A stretch of DNA of 62,202 nt, counting the filler, from Choristocarpus tenellus KU-1152 (taxonomy: Eukaryota > Protista > Phaeophyceae): NCBI GenBank assembly GCA_964200185.2. It is 7 parts of 7 records of this genome, joined end to end, with 100 filler letters (N's around TTAATTAATTAA, not from the genome) between each part and the next. Parts side by side here need not be neighbours in the genome. Positions count along the whole stretch, not along the records: positions 7,589 to 28,355 come from CAXNAD020000378.1; positions 28,456 to 32,634 come from CAXNAD020015825.1; positions 32,735 to 41,363 come from CAXNAD020004514.1; 4 more parts are not named here. The stretch is one strand, 5' to 3'. Both the position numbers and the translations under genes were made by a program. Under the pieces are notes generated by a model, which did no database searches, had not been told where the DNA came from, and was given only the letters and a program-made list of their open reading frames with translations. Below, piece by piece: positions 25,820 through 39,630 of this stretch (positions within the stretch are counted from its first letter, which is position 1; each line of letters begins with the position of its first letter).

Positions 25820-28115
25820 TTTTGAGTAGACCAAACACGCCAGAGGTAACTTTTGCAATGCCATTCTGTTGCGCCAACTCCTCATTAGCTAGTCAGCAAA
25901 AGCAAGAATTTCCCATATATTTTGTTGACGCCCCTTCAAAAAGGTCTACTTACATATTCCTATAGTCAGTATATGCATAACGAATGCAAGAGTGAGCCAA
26001 ACCGATCGAGAGGCAGGCAGGCTTGCACCCTTTTGCGTAAGCAATTATCCTTACCCTATACAATACACTTTATTTCACGGTTTTATGTGCACAACAGTGC
26101 ACACAAAATTGATATCCCACCCTTTCCACATACAAAGTGACACACCACAATCCAGCAAAAACTCTTTCTGCAATTGTACAAAACGTCACCTTTTGCCCTT
26201 TCTAGGAATCCTTCAAATGCAACCCTGTCTACCTTTTGTTGGTTTGACTCAGTAAATGTAGACTTCCCCTAAAGTTAAACTCACCAGTTGGAGTTCCTCT
26301 ATTCTATTCTCCAACCTCAAAATAGATAGCCTACTACTGAATATAAGTAGTTCAACTACCGACTTCCCAGAGAGGTAAACAGCTAAAACACCTCCAAACT
26401 ATCTCCATTCTTGCTGTGGTCCTTGATGTCACCACTCCCATCAAAAGAGTCACCTAATGATCATGACATTAGGCCAGTGGATGTGGACGCGGGGGGAAAG
26501 CAATACGTTGGAACCTGCCACTGAGAGTCCTCCAATTCTGCCCCAGGGTCCCAGCGAATAAACTGCTAAGAAAATGAAACAAAAAAAATAGTAGGGAAGT
26601 GATTGATCTGATGCACATACATGCTTCTCTTATTTCCTTTTGTCCTCTGCCTAAGTAAGGCTACCTGCAAACAGGAGTAGCTAGATAATCCCTTGTTACA
26701 TTGACGCATTTTTGAACTTTCAAGGAAGAAATACTAACAACAACAATGGTACTGAAAATAATATCAATAAAATTCCAAAGTCATGATTTGCACAAGGTGG
26801 AGTATGTTGCAAGAGGTGAACATGTCCTAGTTTGACTCAAAATTGCATAGAGATCCTGCTTGAAAGATGTTTTCTTTCCAAAATTAGCATCACTAAAACA
26901 CTTATGAAAGCATAAGACAAGGTATCATAGGGGATATTGCAGCGAAGTGCAACATCGTAAGATAAAATGTTAAAAACGCAAATGAGCTTAGAAGTACAAT
27001 AATGTTAAATACTACAATTCCATGTTTATTGGTGTAAGTAGTAGTAACAATAAAACACTACTGGATCATGGTGTAGGGGATGTTGTATGGTCAACATATC
27101 TTACTTGACTCAATCTGGTACAGTACTGTAGTGCAGACACTTTCCTTCCATCACCATTCAGATTCGATGCTGCTTATATATTATATACATACATATATTT
27201 CACAAAGTGTCCAATACTACCTCAATATTGTCTTGCCATCATTCTTATTATTGCTATTTTAAATAGTAACGTAAGTTCATACACGCCTCAGCGATCAGTA
27301 TCCAACTACTACTACACTACTACAACTACCTCTTCAGCACCAAAGAAACACTGATGTCAAATATTTTTTTCTTTATATATTTTTTAATCAAAAAAGGTCA
27401 TATTTTTTGTATAGTAGACTGTTGACTCTAAACTGGAAAATCCTTTACTTTTTCTAGTTTTTTTTTTCACAAAATAGGTCCATGATAACTGTTAGGTCTG
27501 CAGAACAAGACACAACACAAGAGGAGACTCAAAGTTTCTGGGGGGGGGAGGGGGCCTATACCAGAGTATCCATTTGACCAAAATCAAGAAAAGTGCATTT
27601 ACATTATCCATCAGGTGTATGCAACCAAATCACCCAAAAATTGCTACATGAAAGAATTGACCCCAACTGGACAGCCGCCACCCCCCCCAGACATTTTGAG
27701 CTGGATATAGATGTAACTTTTATACTACGTAGGTAACATAACAAAATATTGATATATCAGAAATACCATCAACACTTACTCAAAATACTATCATTTAGTC
27801 AATTCCAGTTTTTAGGATAACTTTAGGGTTTAGTGCATTTCACGCCTCCTTGATCGTTTTCCTCCCAATCTTAAAATGTGACCAGGTGTCAAGGTACATG
27901 CATCCATCAATCTACAATTTCCGATATCTACACCACCCTTGAGGTCTGAACTAGCGAGCATGGCTGCTGAAAAAGTCTTCGCAGCCACAGAGGAAGTGCC
28001 ACCCAAAGATACAAGTGATGTAACTGCCAATATTGTCAACTTGGTGTCTTCATACACAGTCCATTTGTTGGACTCTGAGTCAGAAGTCCTTTAACCCCTT
28101 CATGGAGAGTACTTC
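25820..28115 (-). CDS. Putative internal exons of an unknown multi-exon gene (approx. 27885-28115, 26515-26561, 25830-25889)
   Basis: Pyrimidine-rich AG acceptors and GT donors with compatible phases give ...STLHEGVKGLLTQSPNKWTVYEDTKLTILAV...LTP-VYSLGPWGRIGGLSVA-ANEELAQQNG. No family recognised. Confidence 0.35.
25994..26250 (-). mobile_element. MITE family A, full copy with 3-bp TSD AGT
   Basis: GAGCCAAACCGATCGAGAGGCAGG...GGTTTGACTC, flanked by AGT on both sides. Inverted relative to 1526-1785. Confidence 0.8.
27528..27700 (+). mobile_element. MITE family C (~175 bp, G/C-tract TIRs)
   Basis: CTCAAAGTTTCTGGGGG...CCCCCCAGACATTTTGAG are inverted ends; the interior matches 41160-41337. Confidence 0.75.
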
Positions 28116-28355
28116 CTAGAGGGCGGTGTGCAAATGGTCAACCTCACGCAAGCTCCCCAGAAGCCTGAGAGGAACAGGAAAGGGCATGGAAACAACTGCA
28201 CAAATACACCCCAAATGCCACTTTCAAGGTGTTGAGGAAGGATAGCAAACAGTATCCACAATGTCATAACGTAGACATAAGCGTCGTTGAGAATATGGAT
28301 AGTACTGATCACCATAATAGGAATCCATGCCCTTCAAACACTGAACTACCTCAAG

Positions 28356-28455
28356 NNNNNNNNNNNNNNNNNNNNNNNNNNNNNNNNNNNNNNNNNNNNT
28401 TAATTAATTAANNNNNNNNNNNNNNNNNNNNNNNNNNNNNNNNNNNNNNNNNNNN
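28356..28455. other. Artificial contig linker
   Basis: Same N44-TTAATTAATTAA-N44 spacer. Confidence 0.98.
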
Positions 28456-28597
28456 GCAAAGTGTAGTCACAGTGGCCTCGTACATAGTGCTTCGCCCGCC
28501 CCCAGACCATCTCTATCAGGTTCAATTCAGTGTCGAGTGAGGGGCAAGCCACAACTCGGAGCTCATTGTGCGTCACAGTGTCCTGTGACTGGCTTAA

Positions 28598-28967
28598 ACA
28601 GTATTAAGCCGAGGTTAGCCCACGTACCGTTTTGGTGGGTACCAATATATTTTTTTAAAGGTTGCCCAACGAGTTAATCGACGAACAGTGTATCAAATGA
28701 AAGCTCTGGATCCAGGCCATCGATTTATTTAAAGGAATTATTTCAGAAAAATATTTTTGGTCGTGATAATTCATTCGGAAAAATTTCAAGGTTGTGCCGA
28801 AAATATTCGGTTAATATTTAACCTTACCAAAAAAAATCCCGAAAAAATTCCTTCTAGGAAATCGATAGGTTAGATCAATAGCTTTTATTCGATATGCTGA
28901 TCGTCGTTTAACTCGTTGGGAAACCTTTAAAAAAAAATCAAGACCAGTCTGATCCTGGAAGCGACTG
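28598..28967. mobile_element. Foldback-type non-autonomous element with long internal inverted repeats
   Basis: TTTTTTTAAAGGTTGCCCAACGAGTTAATCGACGAACAG...AAAGCT (~28650-28706) pairs with ~28880-28938. The outer ends are ACAGT...ACTGT. Confidence 0.65.
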
Positions 28968-28974
28968 TCAATAC

Positions 28975-29214
28975 TATAGGCAGGTTTGGACCCTTTTGCA
29001 TACTGAGCCATCATTATTTCCCTGTGCAATACACTCTATTCCATTGCTTTACATGCACATTAGTGTACGCAACTTGATATTCCCCCTTTCCACACACAAC
29101 GTGACACCACAATTTAGCAAAGACTCTTTCTAGAATTGTACAAAATGACATCTCTTTGCCTTTTCTTGGGATCCTTAAAATGCAACCCTAGCCCTACCTC
29201 TCAATTGTTTTTGT
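28975..29214 (-). mobile_element. MITE family A copy
   Basis: Aligns along its length with 25994-26250 (TTCCACAC..AAC/AGTGACACCACAAT...AATGCAACCCT). Confidence 0.75.
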
Positions 29215-29840
29215 CACATTATTGTTACAACTATTACTGATGTAACGAAGAGAGATAACACACACCCTTGATTTCCCACAACTCACTTCAAATGCATTCT
29301 AAGTCTCTAGTCCGAGTAGGTTTATACCCACAAAATGCTCAAGTCTAAAACAAGATAGAATCACTCCAACTTCTCACCCTCATCATGCTCAAGTATCAAA
29401 TTATTACAATTTCATCACAGCCCTCACATGATACATGATTACTTATGGTTCAAAGTACTGATAATATAACAAAGAGATAATGGAAAACAACAATTTCAAC
29501 AACAGCTCCAACACACACACACACCAACAACAGCATGGTCGACAGCAGAAACATAATATAAAGAATGATTAATAATGACCTACCCAGGACACTGGGTGCA
29601 CCACAGCCAAGTTGAAGTAGTTTTTGTGTTGATTTTTACTCTTCCATACCGCACACTGTAACGTAATAATAATACAACAATGCCTTACAAGTACAGGAGA
29701 GGATCAAGGTGTGGTGTTTCCTCATCGCAACAAAAAAAACACTTATTTGCAACATTTTATTACTCTTCATGCAGAATTTCACCATGTCACTTTCCATCGA
29801 AAGAGGTAGGGAACAGGAGTTCACCCCTCCCCTACCCCCC

Positions 29841-32520
29841 CCTCTCACATCTGTCTGTAAAATTTAACATTTCACTGTTAAATACATCTTTGAAACAAAT
29901 TCTGAGTGGGGATATGTGTGGACTTGAAAATTTGGTAGGACCTTTATAATAATTAGTATTGTTAGTGTAATAGTGGTGACAAGCAAGGTATGTATGGTGG
30001 ACACTCAATCCTGTTTCATACTTTTGTTGTACAACATGCAATAAATGGCATCAAAGTTTAAAAGTACGTAATAGTAGTGCTACGAAGATCAAGCAGAGAG
30101 GAGTGAAGGTATCTTTTTCATTTACATTCTGTCTGACTCTGCCATATCTACACATTACTGATATGTGTGTGAACTGTATCCTCTGGAGTAGATGTACATT
30201 TACCCAATTGTGTCATGGTAGAGATCATGTAGCGATAATAATAGTTAAATCACATGGGGAAGAAGTCGTAATGAGTGTGCGATGCCATAGCGATGCTTGG
30301 AAAAGGGAGAATTTGGGAGGATCAATAAAGCTAACAAAATGAGGATCAACAGGGTAGTAAATCATCCTAAAATCGAAATGTATACATATTTTTTACATCC
30401 ATAGCATTATCAAATGGTATGCTCCATATAGTCTGCTGCTTATCCTCATAAACCATCACATTCTAACACCTTTCCTCTCTGTGCCACCTCTCTCACTCAT
30501 CACACATGCTCAGGCATTTGGTTGACCACCCCACACAGAACATCAAAACAAGTATCCTTGAAAAACATAAAATGCACGATGAGCAAGCACTGAACACGTA
30601 CATATGGACTGGACTGAGCCAAGTACTGCACCACAACAAAAAAATGTGTCAGATGAGAGGTTACTACCGAAGGCATGAACAACTGCATATGCTTAACAAA
30701 ATATAAATAACGAGAAGCACAGAAACAACCTGATTGTCAAATCTACTTTGCACATCCTCTGCCGTAACAAAGAGCTACATCATGACAAGCAGCAAGTGCA
30801 GGGAAAACAAAACAGACACAAAACAACCAAAAAACATACCATGATGCACAGATAACAGCTAGTTCGCATGAAACCACTACCACACAGTGAACAACTCCAC
30901 AAACATAAAACATTCTGGTTGTGTTTTCTTTGACCCAGACTTTTAAATGTCTTCCCACATACGGTTAAGTATCCTTTTTTTATTATGTATCTGCAGTCAA
31001 CAATACCAATAGCAAAAATAAAGTTTGAGGGGTACTTGACATGGAACAAGGCGAAGCCATTACACCGTGGGGATAATCTATATGACTCAGTGAACCACTT
31101 GGATGTGTTCAACCTGCAACACCCCCTTCCCCTCAACCTTGCCATTACTGTGACTTAAAAACACACTCCACAGATATATCATCTTTTCCATCCACTTCAA
31201 TAATTCTCACTGTATCGGGGCACACACATCTACCTCAGGGTAGCAAAGCATAGTAGTGTGGTGACAGCATAGAGCAAAAACAAGGAGACCCAGGGAGCAA
31301 AGCATTCGGGGTAAAACACCTCGGACAGGCAAAGAAATATCAGAAATCTAGAGCAAACACAGAGGTCAGTCAGTACCTTCCAGAACAAAAACTACACTAA
31401 GAAATAAATACAGTGCCAGAACACGTACAGAAAACTCACGCCACCACCCATAGATGAAACCCTATATCGCCACACACTTTGCTTCAAGTCAGGCCGTATG
31501 CCAATACAGCTGCTTAATGGTCAAACTCCCAACCCCATTTCAAAAATCACTACACGAACCAACTACTTCAGGCATCAAGCACAGTAGTCACCTCAGCTAT
31601 TCTACTCTTCCCCCTCACCTCAGCTATTCTACTCTTCCCCCTCTGGCCCCCCACTGCATGACCATGGGGCACTTGAGAGTATTAACACTAAATGAGTAAC
31701 AAAAAAATAAATAACACAATTTATTCGTTTTCCCACCCCTTTCCCCTCACGTCGAGCCCACTAGCAAATCCCTCCACAGTTCATACAGCTCCCAGTCTGT
31801 CCTTCACCAACGAGACCACTAAACAAACATGCTCACACAACACACAACACAACACACAACACACACAATACACAACGCACAACACACACACATCCGTTGG
31901 CACAAAAACAATCACACAAGAAAAAATAAACACCACCTGCAGCACCTGCCAACACTGTCAAGGCCTCACACTCCTTGATGCACAATCACAACAACAACAT
32001 ATAAGGTCATCACACTCCTTGAGGTCCTGGCCGTGACCACAACACAGCTGACGAGCATAAATATAGACCGGGTTGATGATCAGTTATCTCATGACGGGAC
32101 ACAACACATATAAGGTTCTGTTCGCATCAACTCTACTAAACCGTCAGTTGCACCCTTCGACAAAAACAAAGTACCTTGAAGCAATCATGCTCTCAATCAA
32201 TCTACCAACAATCTTCGACACACTGGACTGCTGGTGATAGAACCATCATTGCAAATAAAATAGAGCAAAGATGTAACCTCAGTCATCAGTGTAAATAAAG
32301 AAAAGAAGAGCAACCAGTCATATCATCGCCCTTTACACACTCATTGCACCACCTTCCCACCAACGAGGTATGGCCCATTGAAATCTATGTACCCGTCTTG
32401 AGAACAGTAGTAGGCTGCTTCACTGAGGGCTTGCAGGCATCGTAGCACACGTTGTGGTGCTGGACCAAAAGGTGAAGCCTCAATGAGTATCACTGGGTCA
32501 AAAAGGGAACTCTCGGCAAC
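29841..32520 (-). CDS. Putative series of short exons of an unknown gene (approx. 32353-32520, 32175-32230, 30963-30990, 30730-30774, 30503-30556, 29850-29902)
   Basis: Phase-compatible AG/GT-bounded pieces give VAESSLFDPVILIEASPF...GGK, QSSVSKIVGRLIESMIAS-R-YIIKKGYLT-LFVTAEDVQSRFDNQ-DTCFDVLCGVVNQMPEH. No family recognised; boundaries are approximate. Confidence 0.4.
31589..31642. repeat. 27-bp exact tandem duplication
   Basis: TCACCTCAGCTATTCTACTCTTCCCCC occurs twice. Confidence 0.85.
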
Positions 32521-32634
32521 CTGTGAGTACCAAAAAGGTATAGTATTCAGAATGAGGGGGGGGGGGGAGGGCAAAGGGTGGGAATTGCTTGCCAAAGCTT
32601 GAGAGGGGAATTGGGATGATTGACAATTACTATG

Positions 32635-32734
32635 NNNNNNNNNNNNNNNNNNNNNNNNNNNNNNNNNNNNNNNNNNNNTTAATTAATTAANNNNNNNNNN
32701 NNNNNNNNNNNNNNNNNNNNNNNNNNNNNNNNNN
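32635..32734. other. Artificial contig linker
   Basis: Same spacer. Confidence 0.98.
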
Positions 32735-33880
32735 GGGTTCCCCACGCGCGTATACTGCTCGCGCCAGTCAAAGCGCGGGAAGAAATACTCGCGCTACTCG
32801 CCTGTAACAGATAGTGAGTTCACCAGAGAAAATAAAAATCGGCTATCATACACAGACTCTGCCATACACTTCCACTTATTGCCCACGAACCTGTTCTATC
32901 AACCACACACTCGTCTATAGATATGGGTGTAGGCGTTCACTAGTTTAAGTCACACATCAATTCTATATATTATATCATTATCATGACCTCTAACTTTTGG
33001 AGATGTGTTAGGGGAATAACCAATGAAAACTATTTACATATCAGAAAAATCCCTAACAAAGTAACAATTAATATATATATAAGAAAGACATTAATCTATT
33101 TGCTATTTTAAAATAGTAACAATTGTCATAAATATGAAAACATTAATCTATTTGCTATTTTACTGCCACCTATCCTGTAGCACTATGTATTTTAACAAGA
33201 TAGGGAAGTATCCCAAGAATTTAACAAACCCCTCCTTTCCCATCTCATGAATTCTATATAATATATTGACCAAATTTGAAAGTTCAATATTTTTTATGAT
33301 ATTTTATTTATTTGTATTATTATTATTATGCCCTCTTGACATTTTGCATATGTGTCAGGGGGGAATCCAATGGAAACTATATATATATGTCGTTATTAGC
33401 CCTAAAGAAATAAAATATCCTAAACGTAAGAACACTATAAAACATTGTAAGTATGGAAACCACTAATCAGTTACTTCACCACTATCTAATATTGTACTAC
33501 TGTCTTCCTTAGCTTCCCATCTACCTACTCCTGCCTACCATGTGAGTAGCCAGCTCATCCAGGAATTATATTAATTTAGTGAACCTTTCAACATTATTTT
33601 TTTATCTAGGATTAATTGGAACTACTTGTCATCATCAAGTCCTCCAAATCATATTGTTGATCATATCATAATAATATAGGACTGACTATATGGGAAATAT
33701 CCAGTATGAATTTATTTGTGAAAGTTGTGTTGTTTGTTTGATAGAGTGGTCTACGGAATAATTTATACCACCTCTACCTACATTGTTACACACTTCATCA
33801 ATATAGTTTTCTAAACCTGTGCAGGGTAGGAAGTGGTTCTACAAGCACTCTAATAATATCTGGGGGAGGTGGGAGGGGGA

Positions 33881-34962
33881 ATGGAGGGCTGTCACCTGCT
33901 TAGTGGGTTTTTCTCATGGTGCGTGCAAGGTATGCTAGGATGCACTGCATTGAGCATGCTCCTATTCAAGCGATGTAAGGAGAGGCCTAGAAGGCCATTT
34001 AAGGTCTGGTGCATGGACGCATCGAAGCAGGTAACATCGAACGGATTCCGTTGTTCTTGTACAGTATTGGTGGATTCAAAGAGCGTCAACTTGTTTGTCC
34101 GTGCCTTTTCGTTTACTGGGCTGAGGTTTGTCTTTAATCCGGTGGTACATCGTACAGGCTATAGGCGGACTTTTCGTCCACGTTTGGAACTTGGTATTGG
34201 CCATCTGGGTGACTTCGCTGTCGACAGGGATGGAGCAGGCTCGAGATGAGTGCGCCCTCTACTTCATCAACTATGGTGCGATGACCTAACTCGTCACCTT
34301 GCGAATTTCCTTCAGAATTTGATTACATGATGACAACTAGTATCCCCTCAACTAATACCGCATCCACCAATGTTGATACATAAACCCTCATTACGTTTTG
34401 TGGCAGACATAGTTGTTAGGATTTCATTCTCTCCTAATATCAATTGTATTACACTCTTTGCAATGAGGGGGTGTCCAACATTTTGGTACTGTCTTCTCAT
34501 TCCCCTCTTTTTTTGCTACCCTTGTCTGTTGTTCGGGCAGTGTTGGATATCACTATCGGCACTGTATCTGTGTGGTGGCTGTTGTTGCTGCTCCAGCATG
34601 TGGCGGTCATTCTTAACTTGCCAAGTCTTCAGCGTAGTGGCGATTACGGGAAGCCACCCTCGTGCTCGATTTACCTCGCACAACTAGTGGTTTTTCTTTT
34701 CATCCTTATGACGTACAAAACTGGTGCTACTTTGTTTGTGGTGGCATTGGCGGACCCCATAGAACAGATTGGGGTCTTCTTGATTGGGCCATTACAAAAT
34801 TATCCTGTTTTAGAGTTGGTGGTCGTTTTGGTTTTTTGCCCATGGATAATAAATTCTGTCCAATTTTGGGTGCTCGATTCCATTATTATGCATCAGGGTC
34901 TGTCAGCAGAGCACTACGAAAAGATCAGTGACACCCATAGAGGGGGTCGTATTAGTGTGTAA
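33881..34962 (+). CDS. STIMATE/TMEM110-family multi-pass membrane protein; join(33881..34030,34158..34275,34541..34962), 229 aa
   Basis: CHLLSGFFSWCVQGMLG..LSMLLFKR.KERPRRP.KVW.MDASKQ, HVWNL, DECALYFINY-VLDITIG, SGDYGKPP, LELVVVLVFCPWIINSVQFWVLDSII. GT-AG junctions with matching phases. Confidence 0.9.
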
Positions 34963-37900
34963 TTATGGCTATGTACTATATAACTCTAGAGAAAACATGT
35001 TTTGAATTGGGTTAACTCTTATAATGAACCCCACCCCCAATCCACATCGCTCCCTTTATCCCTATGGATCCACCAGTGTGCTTGGAGAAGATAACTGAAA
35101 GTAGGTGCCCAGGTATCAGATCAGCACATGTGTGAGCATCTAATTTGTATATAAACTCCAATGGGATCAAAATATGCAATCAGTTAAACCAAAATCTGCC
35201 AGGTGCAGGTCAAGTTTTTTGGAAAAATCTTTCTTGTCGATGCTGAATCCTATTTCTACTCAACAAGATTAACAAACCATTCGTGACCCATACATCCAAC
35301 ACACAACTGTTTTCTGGTGGAGAATGCCAGTAACTCAAGAAGCTTCAAGTGTGAAGCTTCTTTGTCGTGCTATCCTCAGATGGGTTTCATAGACAACTCA
35401 TATTTGATGCATCCGCTGTACAACATTTCAAGGTAAACCAAGAACTCACTCCTTAAATTAAAGACATGTGCATCATTGTCCCAAGGATCAATAATAGATC
35501 ATTCAGTCAAATGTTTTCACCAATTGTCTGTGAAAGTTGGGAACAGGTACTACGTACCTCACTGCATGAAAATGAAATGCTACGCTTCTTCAAGAGGTTC
35601 AGTTCAATGGTATCTCAGAAAGGTTGATTCTTACCTAGTATTGGTTTTAAGTATAGGGATTAAAATGTGACACACAGCCAACAGAACACACCAAAGGGAT
35701 CTAAGAGCTAGTGTTTGATGCCTTAGGTGTTACTGAGAGAATTTTGATCATTTTCTTTCAGTGCCTACATCTAAGCCCTAGGTGCAGACAAGTTCAAGCT
35801 TGGCCAGCTAACACACAAGTAGTTGTGCCGGGATCACACCTTCATGGAGCTAGGATTGTTATTGGATGATGAGACCCTTGTCAACATTATGGCCTTGAGA
35901 ACTAGAGTGCCATTCTACATGGAAACAAAATTTGTGGTGGGTGCTTATTTTTATTTCTAGGATGCTGGAGTGCATAAACTGCTCTGTACAGTCCACCTGT
36001 GACCTCATGTGGATGAGACAGAAGTCAACAAACCTGAGGGTTGGTAGGTATTTTCATAATCTTCTATTGTCAAATGTGAAACGTTCCTTGGGGTGGGTAA
36101 TTCTGCTGACACTGAAGCCTAAGTGTACACTTTGTTGCCCAGAAACAGCATTTGAGATATCACATGCAGACTATGAGCAGTAACTGTATGATAGGAGCAA
36201 GTCAAGAGCTCCAAGATGCCACACCAAATACACCATCAAATAATGGAAACGCCATGTAGCGGAAACCATGATGTCCTACTGTCATGGGTAAGTTGGTTGT
36301 GAGATGTTTTTGAGGACTTCTACGGAAATATTGTTTGCTTGGGGGTAATTCACCCATTTCTTGAGTAGAATTGGAACATAATTGGGACATCGACACAGAG
36401 GAAAGCTCAAAGTGTTTTAAAGGGATTTTGAGCAACATGTGGACAATTTGATCTTTGTCTTTTGTGTATCTCAACGATAGTGAGAGGAGTCCTCCTTTTC
36501 CAAGTTCGTTACCTTTCCGTATGGACAGGTTAGTTGTTGAATCAATTTATCGACCTGAGGTGTGATTTATTATTTCAGATTTGACAATTAATTGTGAGAC
36601 CATAGAGTCTGAACTATGGAATGTGTCTGCAGTGTGGAAAATATGTCATCACCTGTAGTCAGAATTCAAATAGTACAAATCTGAAATGTTTTCAATTTTA
36701 AAAATCAAATTCGAGTGGGGAGTCATGTGTATGTGCTCATGTTGAACACATCACAGAGGGTACAATAATGGCAGCACTGTACAAGTGTGAAGCATCAAGC
36801 ACAACTTCTTGTCTTTCATTGGAGTGAAAATAATCACATCGATCTGTTGTTGGATCCTTGTAGGGCTATATTTATATTGAGCAAGAATATGGAAAGCCTC
36901 AAGAGATTCAGTCGGGGATCATTGCTTTCGATGGGTAAAGAATAAACTTAAGAATAAACTTAAGAATAAACTCAAGGGTGATGCTTAATGGCGTACATTT
37001 GACAATATGTCCTGTTATACTCAGACATCGATGTTTGATGCATGTCCTGCAAATATCCTCAGAGGTAGTCTTCAGGCATACCCAACTTTCTAGTGGACAA
37101 ATGTTGACTGTGGATCTATCAGCAATTATGAATGCCACAGGTTAGTTAGGACCATTTTTTGTCATCTTGGAGGTAAATTTGTTGAGCTACAAACAACATT
37201 ATCTAATACCAGCAAACTTGTCTGATATTTGAACCAATAATTATTCTGACACTCACTTGAAAGAGGAATGTGAATAATGTTGCCTGCCTTATGGAGGACT
37301 AGGAGATAAGCACTCCAATATTGCTTTATGGTGTGTAGTGATCTTATAATGGACAGTAGGGTGTGTGGCAGTCATTGTGTCTACAAATTTACTCCTCAAT
37401 GATGCATGACCAAAATGAATACTAATAATTATTACCTTCACTATCACAAAGCAAGGAATGTTTGTAACTATTGACATACCTCCCCCTTTCCATTCTACTT
37501 GTATTGATAGTATTGTACTGCCATATGCTACCCTTCGCTTGTACTGTAGTACTTTGAAGGTACTGGAAAAAAAATTGGATTGGTTCTACCTGAAACATTT
37601 TGAATAGATTTTTCGCACACAATTTAGGGGATCAAACCTACCCAGTCAAGGGCAGTGATCTATTTTGGGGGCACTATGGTTGCATGTCTAGAAAGCGCAT
37701 CTAGAAAGCACACACACAAGGCGCAAAAGGTGCTAATGGTGCTAATGGTGGTCCATTCAGCAACTAAAACAAAACAAAAAATTCTTGTGCAATTGACATG
37801 CTCCTTTCCACATCACAGCAATAATAATAATAAGGAAGGAATGGTATGCTCACAAAATCAACACTCTAGTGATCTTCCACATGGAAAAAGTCTCTGTGAA

Positions 37901-39281
37901 CACCCTCCCTGGATCAAACAACTACTATAATATGAAGAGTATCTAGTCTTGTGTATCCTTGAATTCGACCATAATCAGTGCAATTGAAAAATGAAACTCA
38001 AATGAAACAAGGAAATTCTCCACTCAATAAAATGAAAATCAAAAATCAAAACAGCAATGCCTACTGCTGCAAACCCACCATCAGCTCTACATTCTAAAAG
38101 TAAGATAAGGCATCTACCATCAAATCCGCACTGTGCCCTGTAAATTGCTAAAAATTGGGTGCCAGAATCCAAAGTAAAGTTAGTACAAATTTGGCATTGA
38201 TCCTTGAGATTCTAAAACAAACAACTCTGCTCATGTATCATATAATAGTAATCTGATCATGATGCTATAGCACTATTATATGACATGAAATAACACAGTT
38301 TACCAAAGACCAGCTGGTGGAAATATCAGTCCCAAGAAAATACCCAGGGACCATCATGGCTCTACTTATTGATAGAATTAAAACAAGTGATCATCTTGAT
38401 CTGAACACAACAAACTCTGGGTAGATGTCATATTTTGTGGGACGTATAAATGCACACAGTTGACTACAGTTGGTCCATACCAAGTGAACAAGATCACTGG
38501 ACAGAACAGAGTAACGCCGGGTTAGACAATCAATTGATAGGTCACAACGAAAAGCCAGTCTTGCAATCCTCTCAAGTCTAGAATGTTATTTATATTATCA
38601 ATACATCAAGTTCTGCTTCAAGTTGAAATTGAGTATGGATCAATATGACTGGATGGGAGGATGATAATATCTACATGATAATTCCACAAGAAAAAAATCA
38701 TGGAATGGTCTTAATTGACCACTTAATCACTAGGGTGTTGCAGGGTTGGGAATCCAAACCATGTGTAACTACCATGTAGCAGTACTATGAATACTGAGAG
38801 TTAAATTGATTAAAAAAATTATTGGAGGTTTGAATCCAAACCATTTATGAGGGAGCATATATATGTTCATTTAGCATCAAGTTATTCAATATCCTCAACT
38901 ACAATTGAATCTTGCACAAAAGGATGAACCCGGAGCACTGCAAGGTGATTAGGACCTTCAGGTTGGAGGGGTTCCAACTCTATTTAAAGATTGTTGAGAT
39001 AGTCTTTTTTTGTGTGCTCTTTTGCCAATACCACGTCCACTTTGATCTGATCCCTCAGAGAATTTTAAGCCTATGTTCTGCAGAACAAAATGTGAATGAA
39101 GAGTTGCCAAGAGCAACATTGTGCAATCATGTAATAAATTATTCTGAATAAAAATTCTATTTCAGGCCTGTCTCTGCATGTGGCGTATGTGGGTACACAA
39201 TTCTGCCATAACTTTCTATCTACTCCAGGGTACTACTGAGTTAGTATTACTACTGAATTAATAGCCTTCACATGCTCATAG

Positions 39282-39630
39282 ATGGGCAAGGTATGTATGT
39301 ACCTGCAACCCACTGAGGACTCCCCCAAACCCCCACTTGCACAGAATAAGCATTACATTATGAAGGTGATATTCCTTGCAGCTGTGGCCCACCCTAGGAA
39401 GCTCTCCAACATGGTGTGGTTCAATGGGAAAATCGGGATCTGGCCAATCATGGACACCAAGGGCACGATCCAGCAAACACTGCCCCAAGGACACCAAGGT
39501 GCTTGTGCCAGCCACAGTGGATGAGGAGAGGTATAAGAAGCTAATGATCGAGGATATCATCCTGGCAATTAAGGTCCACATGCCTGGCCTAGAAGGACGT
39601 AACATCTTCATTCAGCAGAATGGGGCAAAG
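39282..39630 (+). mobile_element. Decayed Tc1/mariner (DD39D-like) transposase, 5' piece of the catalytic core
   Basis: YLQPTEDSPKPPLAQNKHYIMKVIFLAAVAHPRK..WFNGKIGIWP..RSSKHCPKDT..VPATVDEERYKKLMIEDIILAIKVHMP..IFIQQNGAK matches KVMFLAAVARPR...FDGKIGIWP...IQQDNAKPH. One frameshift. The match stops abruptly at 39630. Confidence 0.85.

Noticed and set aside
35000-39200. Possible decayed LTR/gag or other TE sequence
   Set aside because: Only vague coding-like texture, with no diagnostic motif or terminal repeat that I could verify.
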